From an uncultured virus (IMG/VR IMGVR_UViG_3300027151_000003) (taxonomy: Duplodnaviria; Heunggongvirae; Uroviricota; Caudoviricetes), in IMG/VR virus record IMGVR_UViG_3300027151_000003: a stretch of DNA of 35,688 nt; one strand, 5' to 3'. A program made the position numbers and the translations under genes. Shown one piece after another: positions 18,057 through 26,651 of the stretch (position 1 is the first letter of the stretch; each line of letters begins with the position of its first letter). A model generated the notes under the pieces. It saw nothing but the letters and a program-made list of their open reading frames with translations, did no database searches and had not been told where the DNA came from.

Positions 18057-18605
18057 ATGGCTTCAGGCTACCCAATGGGCTCACCACATGAAAGAAATCA
18101 AGAATGGTCGATTCCCCATCAACCAAAGCAAATACCAGCAGGAACTCAACAGCTTATTAAGGGTTATCAACTAGCTGCAGAACGTTCCGTAGACCCATTT
18201 AAACTGCTACACAACATGCTAGACCCGTGGACATTTGGGTTTGAGCGCCACCTAGAGTTCTTCGAGAACCTAGAAGACGTTCGTATTAAGTCCAACTACC
18301 CCCCATACAACATCAAGACCCTACCCGATAATAAGGCGCAAATTGAGCTTGCTATTGCAGGGTTTAAGAAGGATGATGTTAAGATTACCTATAAAGAAAA
18401 CATCATCACAGTCGAAGGCAACCAAGGCGAAGACGATGCGGAGTACTCATATAAGGGTATTGCAGCACGTAACTTTGTACAGAAGTTTGCAGTTGCAGAC
18501 GACGTAATTGTAGGAGACGCAAAACTATCTGATGGTTTCTTAATCATTGAGCTAGAGCGCCTCATTCCCGAAGGCAAAAAAGAAAAAACAATCAAGATTA
18601 AATAA
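18057..18605 (+). CDS. Hsp20/IbpA-like small heat shock protein
   Basis: NYPPYNI, IELAIAGF, YKGIAARNF, A.LSDGFL.IEL, PEGKKEKTIKI. Confidence 0.93.
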   Translation: MASGYPMGSPHERNQEWSIPHQPKQIPAGTQQLIKGYQLAAERSVDPFKLLHNMLDPWTFGFERHLEFFENLEDVRIKSNYPPYNIKTLPDNKAQIELAIAGFKKDDVKITYKENIITVEGNQGEDDAEYSYKGIAARNFVQKFAVADDVIVGDAKLSDGFLIIELERLIPEGKKEKTIKIK

Positions 18606-18652
18606 GACTGTCCATGGACGTCCACTGACGTTCACCAGTGTTATTATATGAT

Positions 18653-18745
18653 TGCAAGACGTACTGTAACCCTGTTATAGTACGACTCCCCCTTCTTGTA
18701 CCGTGACCCCCTGCTAAATATTTTATTTAGCAGGGGGTTTACTTT
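18653..18745 (+). ncRNA. Candidate ~90-nt small RNA with its own promoter and terminator
   Basis: Extended -10 TGnTATTAT (18639-18647); 7-bp + 11-bp nested stem with C-rich bulge ACTCCCCCT; 15-bp terminator hairpin 18706-18738. Confidence 0.5.
18706..18745 (+). terminator. Terminator hairpin
   Basis: ACCCCCTGCTAAATA-TTT-TATTTAGCAGGGGGT then TTACTTT. Confidence 0.75.
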
Positions 18746-18812
18746 ACTTACCGCCACTGATTCTTTATGATACGCTTACTATCACACACGAGACGGGGCG
18801 AAAGGACAACCT

Positions 18813-19112
18813 ATGCCTAAGGAGCCAGATAAAAAGAGTCTGGGCGATTTGCTTACAGAATTAGAGGCAAATCCAAAGAGAAGCAAAAGCGCAGGTGCAT
18901 GTATCTGTGGTAGATGGTTAACAACTATTGATAAAGATACAGTAGAGCGTATGTATAAAGCTTTTGGTGGAACAAAAATTCTTGTAGATATTTCTAATTA
19001 CTTTTATGCAATTAAAGAAGTGTATCCAGAGATTCCATTAGAAAAGACAACGTTCTATATGCACTTTAGAAGAAAATGCTCATGCTATAGAAACAACGGA
19101 GATAATGCCTAA
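18813..19112 (+). CDS. Hypothetical protein with Cys/His motifs
   Basis: CICG...HFRRKCSC; coupled to the phosphoesterase via TAATG. Confidence 0.7.
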   Translation: MPKEPDKKSLGDLLTELEANPKRSKSAGACICGRWLTTIDKDTVERMYKAFGGTKILVDISNYFYAIKEVYPEIPLEKTTFYMHFRRKCSCYRNNGDNA

Positions 19113-20143
19113 TGACAACAAAATTAAGTTTAAACGATATTTTAGATATGGCTATAGTAGACGCGGAAGTCGCTCCTACTAACTGGGCTTGGCCACCAAT
19201 ACAACAAGCAAAGCCAACAGTTATTAAGCCAGCAGAATATAAAGAAAAACAAGCAACAAAAAATGGATTTAAATTATTCGTATTTGTACCCGACCCACAG
19301 ATTGGTTACCGCAAATACGAAGATGGAGCACTAGACCCATTCCACGATGAAGCAGCAATTGATGTACATTTCCAACTACTTGCATACATGGAAAAACGCT
19401 ACGGCGTAGATGAGATTGTGCACCTAGGCGATTACTTAGACCTACCAACAATGGGTAAGTACGCCCAAGAGGAAATGTTTGCACACACTGTGCAACCAGC
19501 ACTTGATTACGGCCACGCTTTGCTAGCTAAACAACGTGCCACTTGCCCAACTGCAAAGATTACTTTAATTGAAGGTAACCACGACTGCCGTATGCAGAAG
19601 TACGTAACAATGAACGCCATGGCTTCTAAGGGTATTAAACGCGCAGGCGCTACTCCAGAAGATTGGCCTGTTATGTCTATTCCTTTCCTACTTCGCTTAG
19701 ATGAAATTAATGTTGATTACGTAGGTGGTTACCCAGCAGGTGAGTATTGGATTACTCCACACTTACGTGCTGTACACGGAACTACTGTCCGCTCTGGTGG
19801 GTCAACCGCTTCAGCGTATGTAAACAAGAACCCACACGTATCAACAGTGTTTGGTCACGCTCACCGTCAAGAGATGCAGTACAAAACTGTGGCTAATGGC
19901 GATGGCCCTATCCGTTCAGTGTCAGCGTCACCAGGATGCTTATGCCGTGTAGATGGTGCCGTTCCTTCATATGGTTCTGGTTTAAATGACCAAGGACGTC
20001 CACTTAAGCACTGGGAAGACTGGCAGCAGGGAATTATGATTGGCTGGGTCCATGAAGATGACGGCCATTTCACCTTGCAACCTATTCATATTATGGATGG
20101 CGAAGCTATTTACGAGGGTAAAGAGTTTAAGGCGACCGTCTAA
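19112..20143 (+). CDS. Calcineurin-like metallophosphoesterase
   Basis: PDPQ, LGDYLD, EGNHD, HG, FGHAHR motifs. Confidence 0.9.
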   Translation: MTTKLSLNDILDMAIVDAEVAPTNWAWPPIQQAKPTVIKPAEYKEKQATKNGFKLFVFVPDPQIGYRKYEDGALDPFHDEAAIDVHFQLLAYMEKRYGVDEIVHLGDYLDLPTMGKYAQEEMFAHTVQPALDYGHALLAKQRATCPTAKITLIEGNHDCRMQKYVTMNAMASKGIKRAGATPEDWPVMSIPFLLRLDEINVDYVGGYPAGEYWITPHLRAVHGTTVRSGGSTASAYVNKNPHVSTVFGHAHRQEMQYKTVANGDGPIRSVSASPGCLCRVDGAVPSYGSGLNDQGRPLKHWEDWQQGIMIGWVHEDDGHFTLQPIHIMDGEAIYEGKEFKATV

Positions 20144-20166
20144 ACATACAGGCGTATGATTGAGGC

Positions 20167-20712
20167 ATGACTGCCCCACACCAAAATACACAAAGTCTAG
20201 GCGCTGCAGGTATGCAGGGCACCTACACCAATTACGGTGGCGGTGGAACCCCTGTTGCTCGTTCAGAGCTTGACTTCTTGCGTATTGGTCAAGGACGTAT
20301 ACCTCAAGCTGAGTATCCAGACGGATACCTTGGAACTATTCGTACACGTCGTGACGACCGTGGCCGTGGCAAACCAAACGGAACATCAGAAAATGTACTT
20401 GACAGCTTAAAGACTCGCGTCACTCAACGCTCATACCAACGCGGTGTTCACCGCGGTGAGCGTATTGACCAGTCTGATTATTACTATCCCGCAGGTTTAG
20501 AAAACACAAGAGGCATCGCTCGACAGATGCAAGCATCTAAAGAGGGAAACGTATATAAAGTTAAGCGTCACGTTGAAGCCTATAACTTGGTGCCTGCTCC
20601 TCACCTTCCTAACGACGGTAAAGCAGGCCCTACTGTTAAGAGTGATTCACCTGTTAACATTAATAAGGTACGCCAAGAGCAGATGTCGCGCATGCGACCA
20701 CAGTGGAAGTAA
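20167..20712 (+). CDS. Hypothetical protein (leaderless candidate)
   Basis: 181 aa; TATGAT-N6-ATG. Confidence 0.7.
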   Translation: MTAPHQNTQSLGAAGMQGTYTNYGGGGTPVARSELDFLRIGQGRIPQAEYPDGYLGTIRTRRDDRGRGKPNGTSENVLDSLKTRVTQRSYQRGVHRGERIDQSDYYYPAGLENTRGIARQMQASKEGNVYKVKRHVEAYNLVPAPHLPNDGKAGPTVKSDSPVNINKVRQEQMSRMRPQWK

Positions 20713-20715
20713 AAT

Positions 20716-21105
20716 ATGCCAGGTAAATACGCAGATGGTGTCTACGGTCATAAGCCGTGGGACAAAGACCGTCCTGGACTTTACGCTCCAGAAGAAGCAG
20801 CATTTCCCCCACAGGAATACCTAGGGCCATTTCAGTCTAATCAAGACCGTTTACTTAACCAGTCTTTGGCAACATGGACTATGAGTAGCGAAGAGATTCA
20901 GGCTTATGTGCGTCCAAACCTGCCTCAAATAAACTTATTTCCGTCACGATACGGTTATGTAACAGAGGAAATTGGTATTCAAGATATAATTGAACTACCT
21001 GGTAGAAACCAGAATCAGGTTGGTCAGCGTGTAGAGTCTGATTACTCCAATACTCCAAACACTACACAATCAACAAGCCGAAACACACTAGGAGGGTCAG
21101 TCTAA
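20716..21105 (+). CDS. Hypothetical protein
   Basis: 129 aa, tight packing. Confidence 0.7.
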   Translation: MPGKYADGVYGHKPWDKDRPGLYAPEEAAFPPQEYLGPFQSNQDRLLNQSLATWTMSSEEIQAYVRPNLPQINLFPSRYGYVTEEIGIQDIIELPGRNQNQVGQRVESDYSNTPNTTQSTSRNTLGGSV

Positions 21106-21284
21106 TGCCACGTAATAACGCAGATTTTAAAGCAGGACAGGTTCCTGTAACTTTCCAGATGTCTGCAAAAGATGGAAGCTGGTCAGGCTCACATACTTTT
21201 ATGTCTAAAAGCCCAGAGCATGCAAAATCGCAAGCTGCTGCAACAGGTTATAAAGTTGAAGGCGAAGGAAAAGTCGGCGCATGA
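21105..21284 (+). CDS. Hypothetical protein (59 aa, not in the ORF track)
   Basis: MPRNNADFKAGQVPVTFQMSAKDGSWSGSHTFMSKSPEHAKSQAAATGYKVEGEGKVGA; GGAGGG RBS, overlaps both neighbours. Confidence 0.7.
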   Translation: MPRNNADFKAGQVPVTFQMSAKDGSWSGSHTFMSKSPEHAKSQAAATGYKVEGEGKVGA

Positions 21285-21493
21285 GTAAAGACCCAGGATT
21301 ATTCACCGATAGCACAGGTGAAGGCATGGCTGGGGCTACAGATGTCAGCCTTGGGACCGTTTATAATGGCACTAAAAGCTGTAAAGCCTGTGGTTCAAGC
21401 ATGAACCCAGTACAATCATTGAGGGACCAAGACGTTTGCCCAAACTGCAACCGTCGTAAGGCCCATCGATTAGTGAAAGGACGCATGTCATAA
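21281..21493 (+). CDS. Small zinc-ribbon protein
   Basis: CKAC...CPNC. Confidence 0.7.
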   Translation: MSKDPGLFTDSTGEGMAGATDVSLGTVYNGTKSCKACGSSMNPVQSLRDQDVCPNCNRRKAHRLVKGRMS

Positions 21494-21702
21494 TGGCAGT
21501 CAATCAATCACGTTCACTTAACGGAGATATGTCCGAAGGTGCAACAGACGGCAAGTATCGTAAGCGCCGTCCTAATACAACTGTAGCTGCTGGCATGGGC
21601 GACCAAGATGTGGTTAAGAACCGCGCAGGTCTACACCCATACATGAACTACGGTTTTATTAATTCAGAAGAACAATCTAAGGTTAACCCAGCGGGTAACT
21701 AA
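21493..21702 (+). CDS. Hypothetical protein
   Basis: 69 aa, TAATG coupling. Confidence 0.65.
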   Translation: MAVNQSRSLNGDMSEGATDGKYRKRRPNTTVAAGMGDQDVVKNRAGLHPYMNYGFINSEEQSKVNPAGN

Positions 21703-21703
21703 C

Positions 21704-21886
21704 ATGGCAAAGACACCACGTCGCCGTGAGTTTGACAGCGTACGCCAATTTCAAAAGTTTGGTAGTGCGTTAGACAAGCTTGGCAATAAGTCATCAGGTC
21801 CAACTAGTAATGTAACTAAGTTGGAAGATTCTGAGTATTACGAGCGCAAAATGGGCGCCGACATTATTGAGGCGCGTAACAAGTGA
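21704..21886 (+). CDS. Hypothetical protein
   Basis: 60 aa, tight packing. Confidence 0.6.
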   Translation: MAKTPRRREFDSVRQFQKFGSALDKLGNKSSGPTSNVTKLEDSEYYERKMGADIIEARNK

Positions 21887-22410
21887 ACCCTAGTGAGTTT
21901 CAGTTTAGCGGAACAAGGGACGCAAACGGCGAAATTAAAATAAGCGCTCAAGAGGCAATGAACCCTAAAGAGCACAAGATGATTAAGTTTGATAAAGAAA
22001 ACGCTGCTCAACGCGCAATCCTTTCCGCATCAGCAGATAAAGAACACCCAAACTATATTGCTGGAACCGCAATCCACGCTGGCGGTCACTTTTCTATCCC
22101 TAACACAGCAATTCGTAAACCAAATAACTATTCCCCTGCAGCAGACCACAGACGTCATAAGCTTATTACAGACGCCATGGCTGGTGGCCAAAACAAGGCT
22201 AAAGTTACCCCAACACCAAGGGGTGGAAAAAAATCAACGGGACCATCCCCGCTTGAAGCAGTAGCCGCAAAGCTTGGACCAAGCACCCAGCGTAAGACCA
22301 CAATTGACACCGTAACTGGTAAGAAAACCGAAAAGATTTCAGATGCTGAGTTTGCTGCCAAAGAAGCTAAGATGTCAAAAGCAAGGGCAGCTTTAAAAAA
22401 GTCTAAGTAG
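21883..22410 (+). CDS. Hypothetical protein with Lys/Ala-rich C-terminus
   Basis: 175 aa, GTGA overlap. Confidence 0.65.
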   Translation: MNPSEFQFSGTRDANGEIKISAQEAMNPKEHKMIKFDKENAAQRAILSASADKEHPNYIAGTAIHAGGHFSIPNTAIRKPNNYSPAADHRRHKLITDAMAGGQNKAKVTPTPRGGKKSTGPSPLEAVAAKLGPSTQRKTTIDTVTGKKTEKISDAEFAAKEAKMSKARAALKKSK

Positions 22411-22427
22411 TGTGATAGGCTACCGTC

Positions 22428-22985
22428 ATGGGTAACATCATTGACGAGCTAGAGCCAGATAGAATGAACCTGCTTGTATGTAAGCAGTGTAAAACTATCC
22501 AAGAAATTCCGTACACCAAGACTGGTAAGTCATTAGGTGAGGGTCGTTATGACCAATCTGATAATCCATTTATTCAAATGTATATCGGCGACTGCGAGCG
22601 TCAAGGGCACTTTGGTGTCCTTAGTGACTGTTTAACAGTTGCATGGATGGGTAACCCAAGTCTTAAAGAAAGTATCCTTAATCAGATTAAGGAACAGATA
22701 CTAGATGGTGGCTCTAAGGGGCTAGACATCCTTGGCACTAACTTCTATAACGTAAAAGACACCTATTCCTCAGATGCGATGAAGTGTTACGCTATCCATA
22801 ACCGTCCCAAGGGACAGTGCCCTGACTATAAGTCAGACCGCAAAGAACTAAAACCAGATACAGCCAAAGACCGTCTAGAAGCAGGGCTAAAAGCAACAAA
22901 CGCAAAGATTCACTTATGTGATTTTTGTCCTGTTAAGATGTACAACCAAAAACGTGCTTACCAAGCGAGAGGACTATACAATTGA
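22428..22985 (+). CDS. Cys-rich hypothetical protein (leaderless candidate)
   Basis: CKQC, C..H..P..QC, CDFC; TAGGCT-N6-ATG. Confidence 0.7.
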   Translation: MGNIIDELEPDRMNLLVCKQCKTIQEIPYTKTGKSLGEGRYDQSDNPFIQMYIGDCERQGHFGVLSDCLTVAWMGNPSLKESILNQIKEQILDGGSKGLDILGTNFYNVKDTYSSDAMKCYAIHNRPKGQCPDYKSDRKELKPDTAKDRLEAGLKATNAKIHLCDFCPVKMYNQKRAYQARGLYN

Positions 22986-23308
22986 CCGAAAATATTGAAG
23001 ACGCACAGGTTATTGAAACTATTGCAGAGAATACCCCTGCAGCACCTGATGCAACAACAGCATTTATTATTATTAAGCAAAACAACAACGACTGGTACGC
23101 TACAGCTGACCTATCAACCGCTATTACTGTTGACCGTGAGGCCACAGTTGACGACATCAAGCATGGGTGTCAGGACATTGTTGATAGCATGAACCAAAGT
23201 GCTATTGCTTATCAAGTTATGGCACTTTTGAAGCCTATTGTGGAAGATAGTGATGATTCCGTTGCTAGTTCAATCAAACAAGCACTGCAGGAGCGCGATA
23301 TACTGTAA
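22982..23308 (+). CDS. Acidic hypothetical protein
   Basis: TTG start after GAGGA RBS. Confidence 0.65.
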   Translation: MTENIEDAQVIETIAENTPAAPDATTAFIIIKQNNNDWYATADLSTAITVDREATVDDIKHGCQDIVDSMNQSAIAYQVMALLKPIVEDSDDSVASSIKQALQERDIL

Positions 23309-23329
23309 ATACAGTTAAGGGGTGTTCCT

Positions 23330-23554
23330 ATGGCGTTCATAGAAATGTCATGCAATTGCATGGCGTCGTTCCAAGCAGATGTGCAAGAAGTTGCAAATGA
23401 GGCCCTAGTGATTATGTGGGCGCAGCAGTTTGTTTCCGCGCATCAACAATGTGGCTATATGAACCCAATAAAGACCGATACCCCAGAGAAGCACCGTAAA
23501 TTTGAGTTCGAAACCGATGTTATGCACAAAGAGAAAAAAGAAAAAGAACTATAA
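23330..23554 (+). CDS. Hypothetical protein
   Basis: AAGGGG RBS; CNC...H..C. Confidence 0.65.
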   Translation: MAFIEMSCNCMASFQADVQEVANEALVIMWAQQFVSAHQQCGYMNPIKTDTPEKHRKFEFETDVMHKEKKEKEL

Positions 23555-23561
23555 TACCTAG

Positions 23562-24494
23562 ATGAACTTCTATGACGCGCTGGTGAAGCAGGCTAAGCCA
23601 GTCACTATAGAGCCCTCCGAGACTTCCTACTTCAGCACCCCAGGTGCTGGGTTGGACCCCCGTCTGTTTAGAGACGGAAAGATTATTCCCCATATCCGTT
23701 CTTTAATTTATAGAATCCTTCTTGAGCATTTAAGAGCCCGCTACAGCAACCCAGAATCATACGTACATGTGTGGTTAGCTGGTTCTGCAGTTTCTTATCA
23801 ATGGACAGCAGCAAGAAAACCAGCAGACCTTGATTGCCTAATTGGAGTTAACTACCTAGCGTTTCGTCAGGCTAATCCAAAGTATAAAGGTCTAAGTGAC
23901 CGTGAGATTTCCCAGATGTTCAACGAGGGTTTTAATACGGAATTGCACCCAGTTACAGGAAACTTCCTGGATATATTTGAATTGACGTTCTATGTTAATG
24001 TGCAGTCTGACATACGTAAAATAAAGCCATACGCAGCATACTCACTGACAAATGATGATTGGACTGTGCAACCTGAAGTTAGGGCTGTTCCTAATAATAA
24101 ACAATGGAACCGTCGTGTAGCTCAGGATAAATCCTTAGCTGTAGATATTTTATCTAGATACTCAGATGCTTTATCTAATATAGGTTCTGCTTCTACTGAT
24201 GTGGCTAGACGCAATGCTGAAGCTGCATTAAAGCTAGCTGTAGAGCAGGGAGCTGCTTTATTTGAAGACATCCATCAAGGAAGAAAACACGCGTTTAGCC
24301 CTAGTGGACAGGGTTATGGAGATGTATATAATTATCGCTGGCAGTCAGGAAAAGCAAGCGGAGTCGTACAAGCACTAAAAGAACTAAAAGAAATTTCTAA
24401 AAAAACAAAACAAGATTTTGAAGCACAGACTTATGGTATGGAACTACCAACAACTAGCACTCTAATAAGGAGAGCAGCTACACACTACAACTGA
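23562..24494 (+). CDS. Pol-beta superfamily nucleotidyltransferase
   Basis: WLAGSAVSYQW...ADLDCLIGV (GS + DxD), later ELTFYV strand; TATAAT-N6-ATG. Confidence 0.78.
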   Translation: MNFYDALVKQAKPVTIEPSETSYFSTPGAGLDPRLFRDGKIIPHIRSLIYRILLEHLRARYSNPESYVHVWLAGSAVSYQWTAARKPADLDCLIGVNYLAFRQANPKYKGLSDREISQMFNEGFNTELHPVTGNFLDIFELTFYVNVQSDIRKIKPYAAYSLTNDDWTVQPEVRAVPNNKQWNRRVAQDKSLAVDILSRYSDALSNIGSASTDVARRNAEAALKLAVEQGAALFEDIHQGRKHAFSPSGQGYGDVYNYRWQSGKASGVVQALKELKEISKKTKQDFEAQTYGMELPTTSTLIRRAATHYN

Positions 24495-24506
24495 TAGGGT
24501 ATATAC

Positions 24507-24968
24507 GTGGCAATATTAGTTTTTCTAGATGGGGTATTAAAAGATACTAGGCTTGGTGGCCCCATTCAAGACGGCATGTCTTTATATAGAACACTTAAAG
24601 AAAAACACCGTGTTTTAATCCTTTGTGATGATGTTACAAAGGGCGACCATTGGCTTCGCCAACAACGAATTAACAATATTGACGACGTTGTAGATAAAAC
24701 CAACGTCCCCGCACTTGGTGACAACGCAGACTTTAGACTGGTGGAGTGGATTAAAAGCCAAGGCCCAGTAGAGTTAGTTATTACTTCTGACCCCGATTTG
24801 ACTGTTAAGTTATTGTCTGTTGGTATTACTACCTTAGTATTTATGTCCCCTGTCTACATTAGGGAAGAGTTCAGACCCGATAGCCGAAAGGGTGTCAAGT
24901 CTTGGCAAAAGATTGTAGAAGAGATAGACTCACAGAACGCCGCATATAAGGAGGACCCACGGATATGA
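24507..24968 (+). CDS. HAD-fold protein with degenerate motif I
   Basis: ILVFLDGVLKD (canonical DxDGVL lacks the first Asp here). Confidence 0.55.
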   Translation: MAILVFLDGVLKDTRLGGPIQDGMSLYRTLKEKHRVLILCDDVTKGDHWLRQQRINNIDDVVDKTNVPALGDNADFRLVEWIKSQGPVELVITSDPDLTVKLLSVGITTLVFMSPVYIREEFRPDSRKGVKSWQKIVEEIDSQNAAYKEDPRI

Positions 24969-25075
24969 CCGATACACCAAAATGTCCACAAGGATGTGAC
25001 TCCAAAACTTTGGAGTATGTTGGAGACAAAGCCTGGTTATGTTCCAAGTGTGGGCATACCTGGGGCCGTGAATGA
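24965..25075 (+). CDS. 36-aa zinc-ribbon microprotein (not in the ORF track)
   Basis: MTDTPKCPQGCDSKTLEYVGDKAWLCSKCGHTWGRE; ATGA overlaps at both ends. Confidence 0.65.
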   Translation: MTDTPKCPQGCDSKTLEYVGDKAWLCSKCGHTWGRE

Positions 25076-26538
25076 AGATTATTTATCTAGGTGCTGAGGT
25101 TCCTTCAAATAGAGTAATCCTTGAGGAGACTACCGCCAATCATGTGGGAGTAAGCTACTACCGCCTGGTGCAACGCGGCCTACCAAAAACCAAAGAGTAT
25201 CTATTAGAAAACTACTTTAATAAGGATTTCTATATTTATGTATCCCCTGGTTTACCCAAGACTCTAAAGCTGGGCCCAGCTGAGCTGGAAGAGTTTGCAG
25301 CTGGTTACGAGCACTTTGTGGCTGTAAATATGGACAGGCTTTCCACCTTTTATGAGATTAACGGCTATGGGATTGACCCAGAGTTCATAGACCAACAACG
25401 TAAAGACGTGTGGTCAGAGGTCCCACCCGCTAAGTTCGTGCCTGTATGGCAGCCACAGACAGGCTACGACGGCCTAAAAAACCTAGTTGAGTATTACCTA
25501 GATGTTGCTATCCCAGGCGACGCAATTGAGTCAGAGACCCAGTTGGCAAGCGCTACACGTATACATAGCAAGCGTCAGGGAACCCGCTGGCATGCGCTAG
25601 GATGCGCCAAGCCAGATAACCTGCGTCAAGTTCCGTTTGATTCCGCAAGCACCTTGTCGTGGTTATCACCCATGATGCATGGTGAGACTATTATTTGGGA
25701 TGGCACTAGGCTTGTCCGCTACCCCAAGAAGATGAAAGACCAAGCACGTTCTAGATACAAGGCTACCTATGAAAAGGCTGGCTTAGATATAGATAAGATT
25801 CTTGAGGATGACCCGCAAGAAGTTGCTAAGTTAGCCGTGTGGTCTTACGAACAGTTTGAAGTAAGGATGAATATGATGAGCGGTAATCCAGAAGACCCAA
25901 TGTTATATGATAACAGTGATGGGAGTGAAGTGGAGCAAAGTGGGGAAAGTGCTCCTGCCGTATATGATAATAGGGGGGTAGATATGCGGAAACTTGAGCC
26001 GCGAAATCCCGCCGAAATGGGCAATCTTCCAGTCTTTGGATTCAATACAAAGACCGAAATTGACGAGGATGGCACCATCAAAGATGTCACCGCAGTTAGT
26101 TCTCAACAGACCTCACTTCGTGCATGCGACACATGTTTTGTAGCCGCTAACTGCCCTGCTTTCAAGCCTCAATCTGCCTGTGCTTTTAAGTTACCAATCG
26201 AAGTAAAGACTAAAGACCAACTCAAGAGTTTAATTAATGCAATCATCGAAATGCAGGGACAACGTGTTGCTTTCATGCGTTTTGCTGAAGAAATGAACGG
26301 TGGATACGCTGACCCTAACGTTTCTCAGGAGATAGACCGCCTATTTAAACTGATTAAAACTACTAAAGAATTGGACGACTCACGTGAGTTTATTCGCATG
26401 ACTGTAGAGCGACAAGGCTCTGCTGGTGTGCTAAGTTCTATCTTTGGAGACAAGGCTCAAGCCCTAAAAGAGTTACCAAATGGTGGGTTTACCGAAGCCC
26501 AAACTACGGAAATAATCAAGGGCGCAATAGAAGAATAG
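25072..26538 (+). CDS. TGT/DpdA-like barrel (degenerate) fused to a Cys4 domain and helical C-terminus
   Basis: VPVW, VAIPG, WHALG, PFDSASTLSWLS..HG in TGT-like order; CDTC..NC..C. Confidence 0.55.
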   Translation: MKIIYLGAEVPSNRVILEETTANHVGVSYYRLVQRGLPKTKEYLLENYFNKDFYIYVSPGLPKTLKLGPAELEEFAAGYEHFVAVNMDRLSTFYEINGYGIDPEFIDQQRKDVWSEVPPAKFVPVWQPQTGYDGLKNLVEYYLDVAIPGDAIESETQLASATRIHSKRQGTRWHALGCAKPDNLRQVPFDSASTLSWLSPMMHGETIIWDGTRLVRYPKKMKDQARSRYKATYEKAGLDIDKILEDDPQEVAKLAVWSYEQFEVRMNMMSGNPEDPMLYDNSDGSEVEQSGESAPAVYDNRGVDMRKLEPRNPAEMGNLPVFGFNTKTEIDEDGTIKDVTAVSSQQTSLRACDTCFVAANCPAFKPQSACAFKLPIEVKTKDQLKSLINAIIEMQGQRVAFMRFAEEMNGGYADPNVSQEIDRLFKLIKTTKELDDSREFIRMTVERQGSAGVLSSIFGDKAQALKELPNGGFTEAQTTEIIKGAIEE

Positions 26539-26651
26539 GATTTCCTATTATCATATAAGAAACCTTAGCAACACCCTGGAACATGATTAGTTCTAAAACA
26601 GATGTAACGCACGTATAAACTATACGTTCAATTAAACAAGAGGAGATTACG

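Noticed and set aside
23562..24494. CBASS/CD-NTase defence system
   Set aside because: No Cap effector or ancillary genes recognisable; only the generic Pol-beta motif is supported
25072..26538. Functional 7-deazaguanine DNA modification pathway
   Set aside because: No folE/queC/queD/queE in the window and the catalytic aspartates appear to be missing
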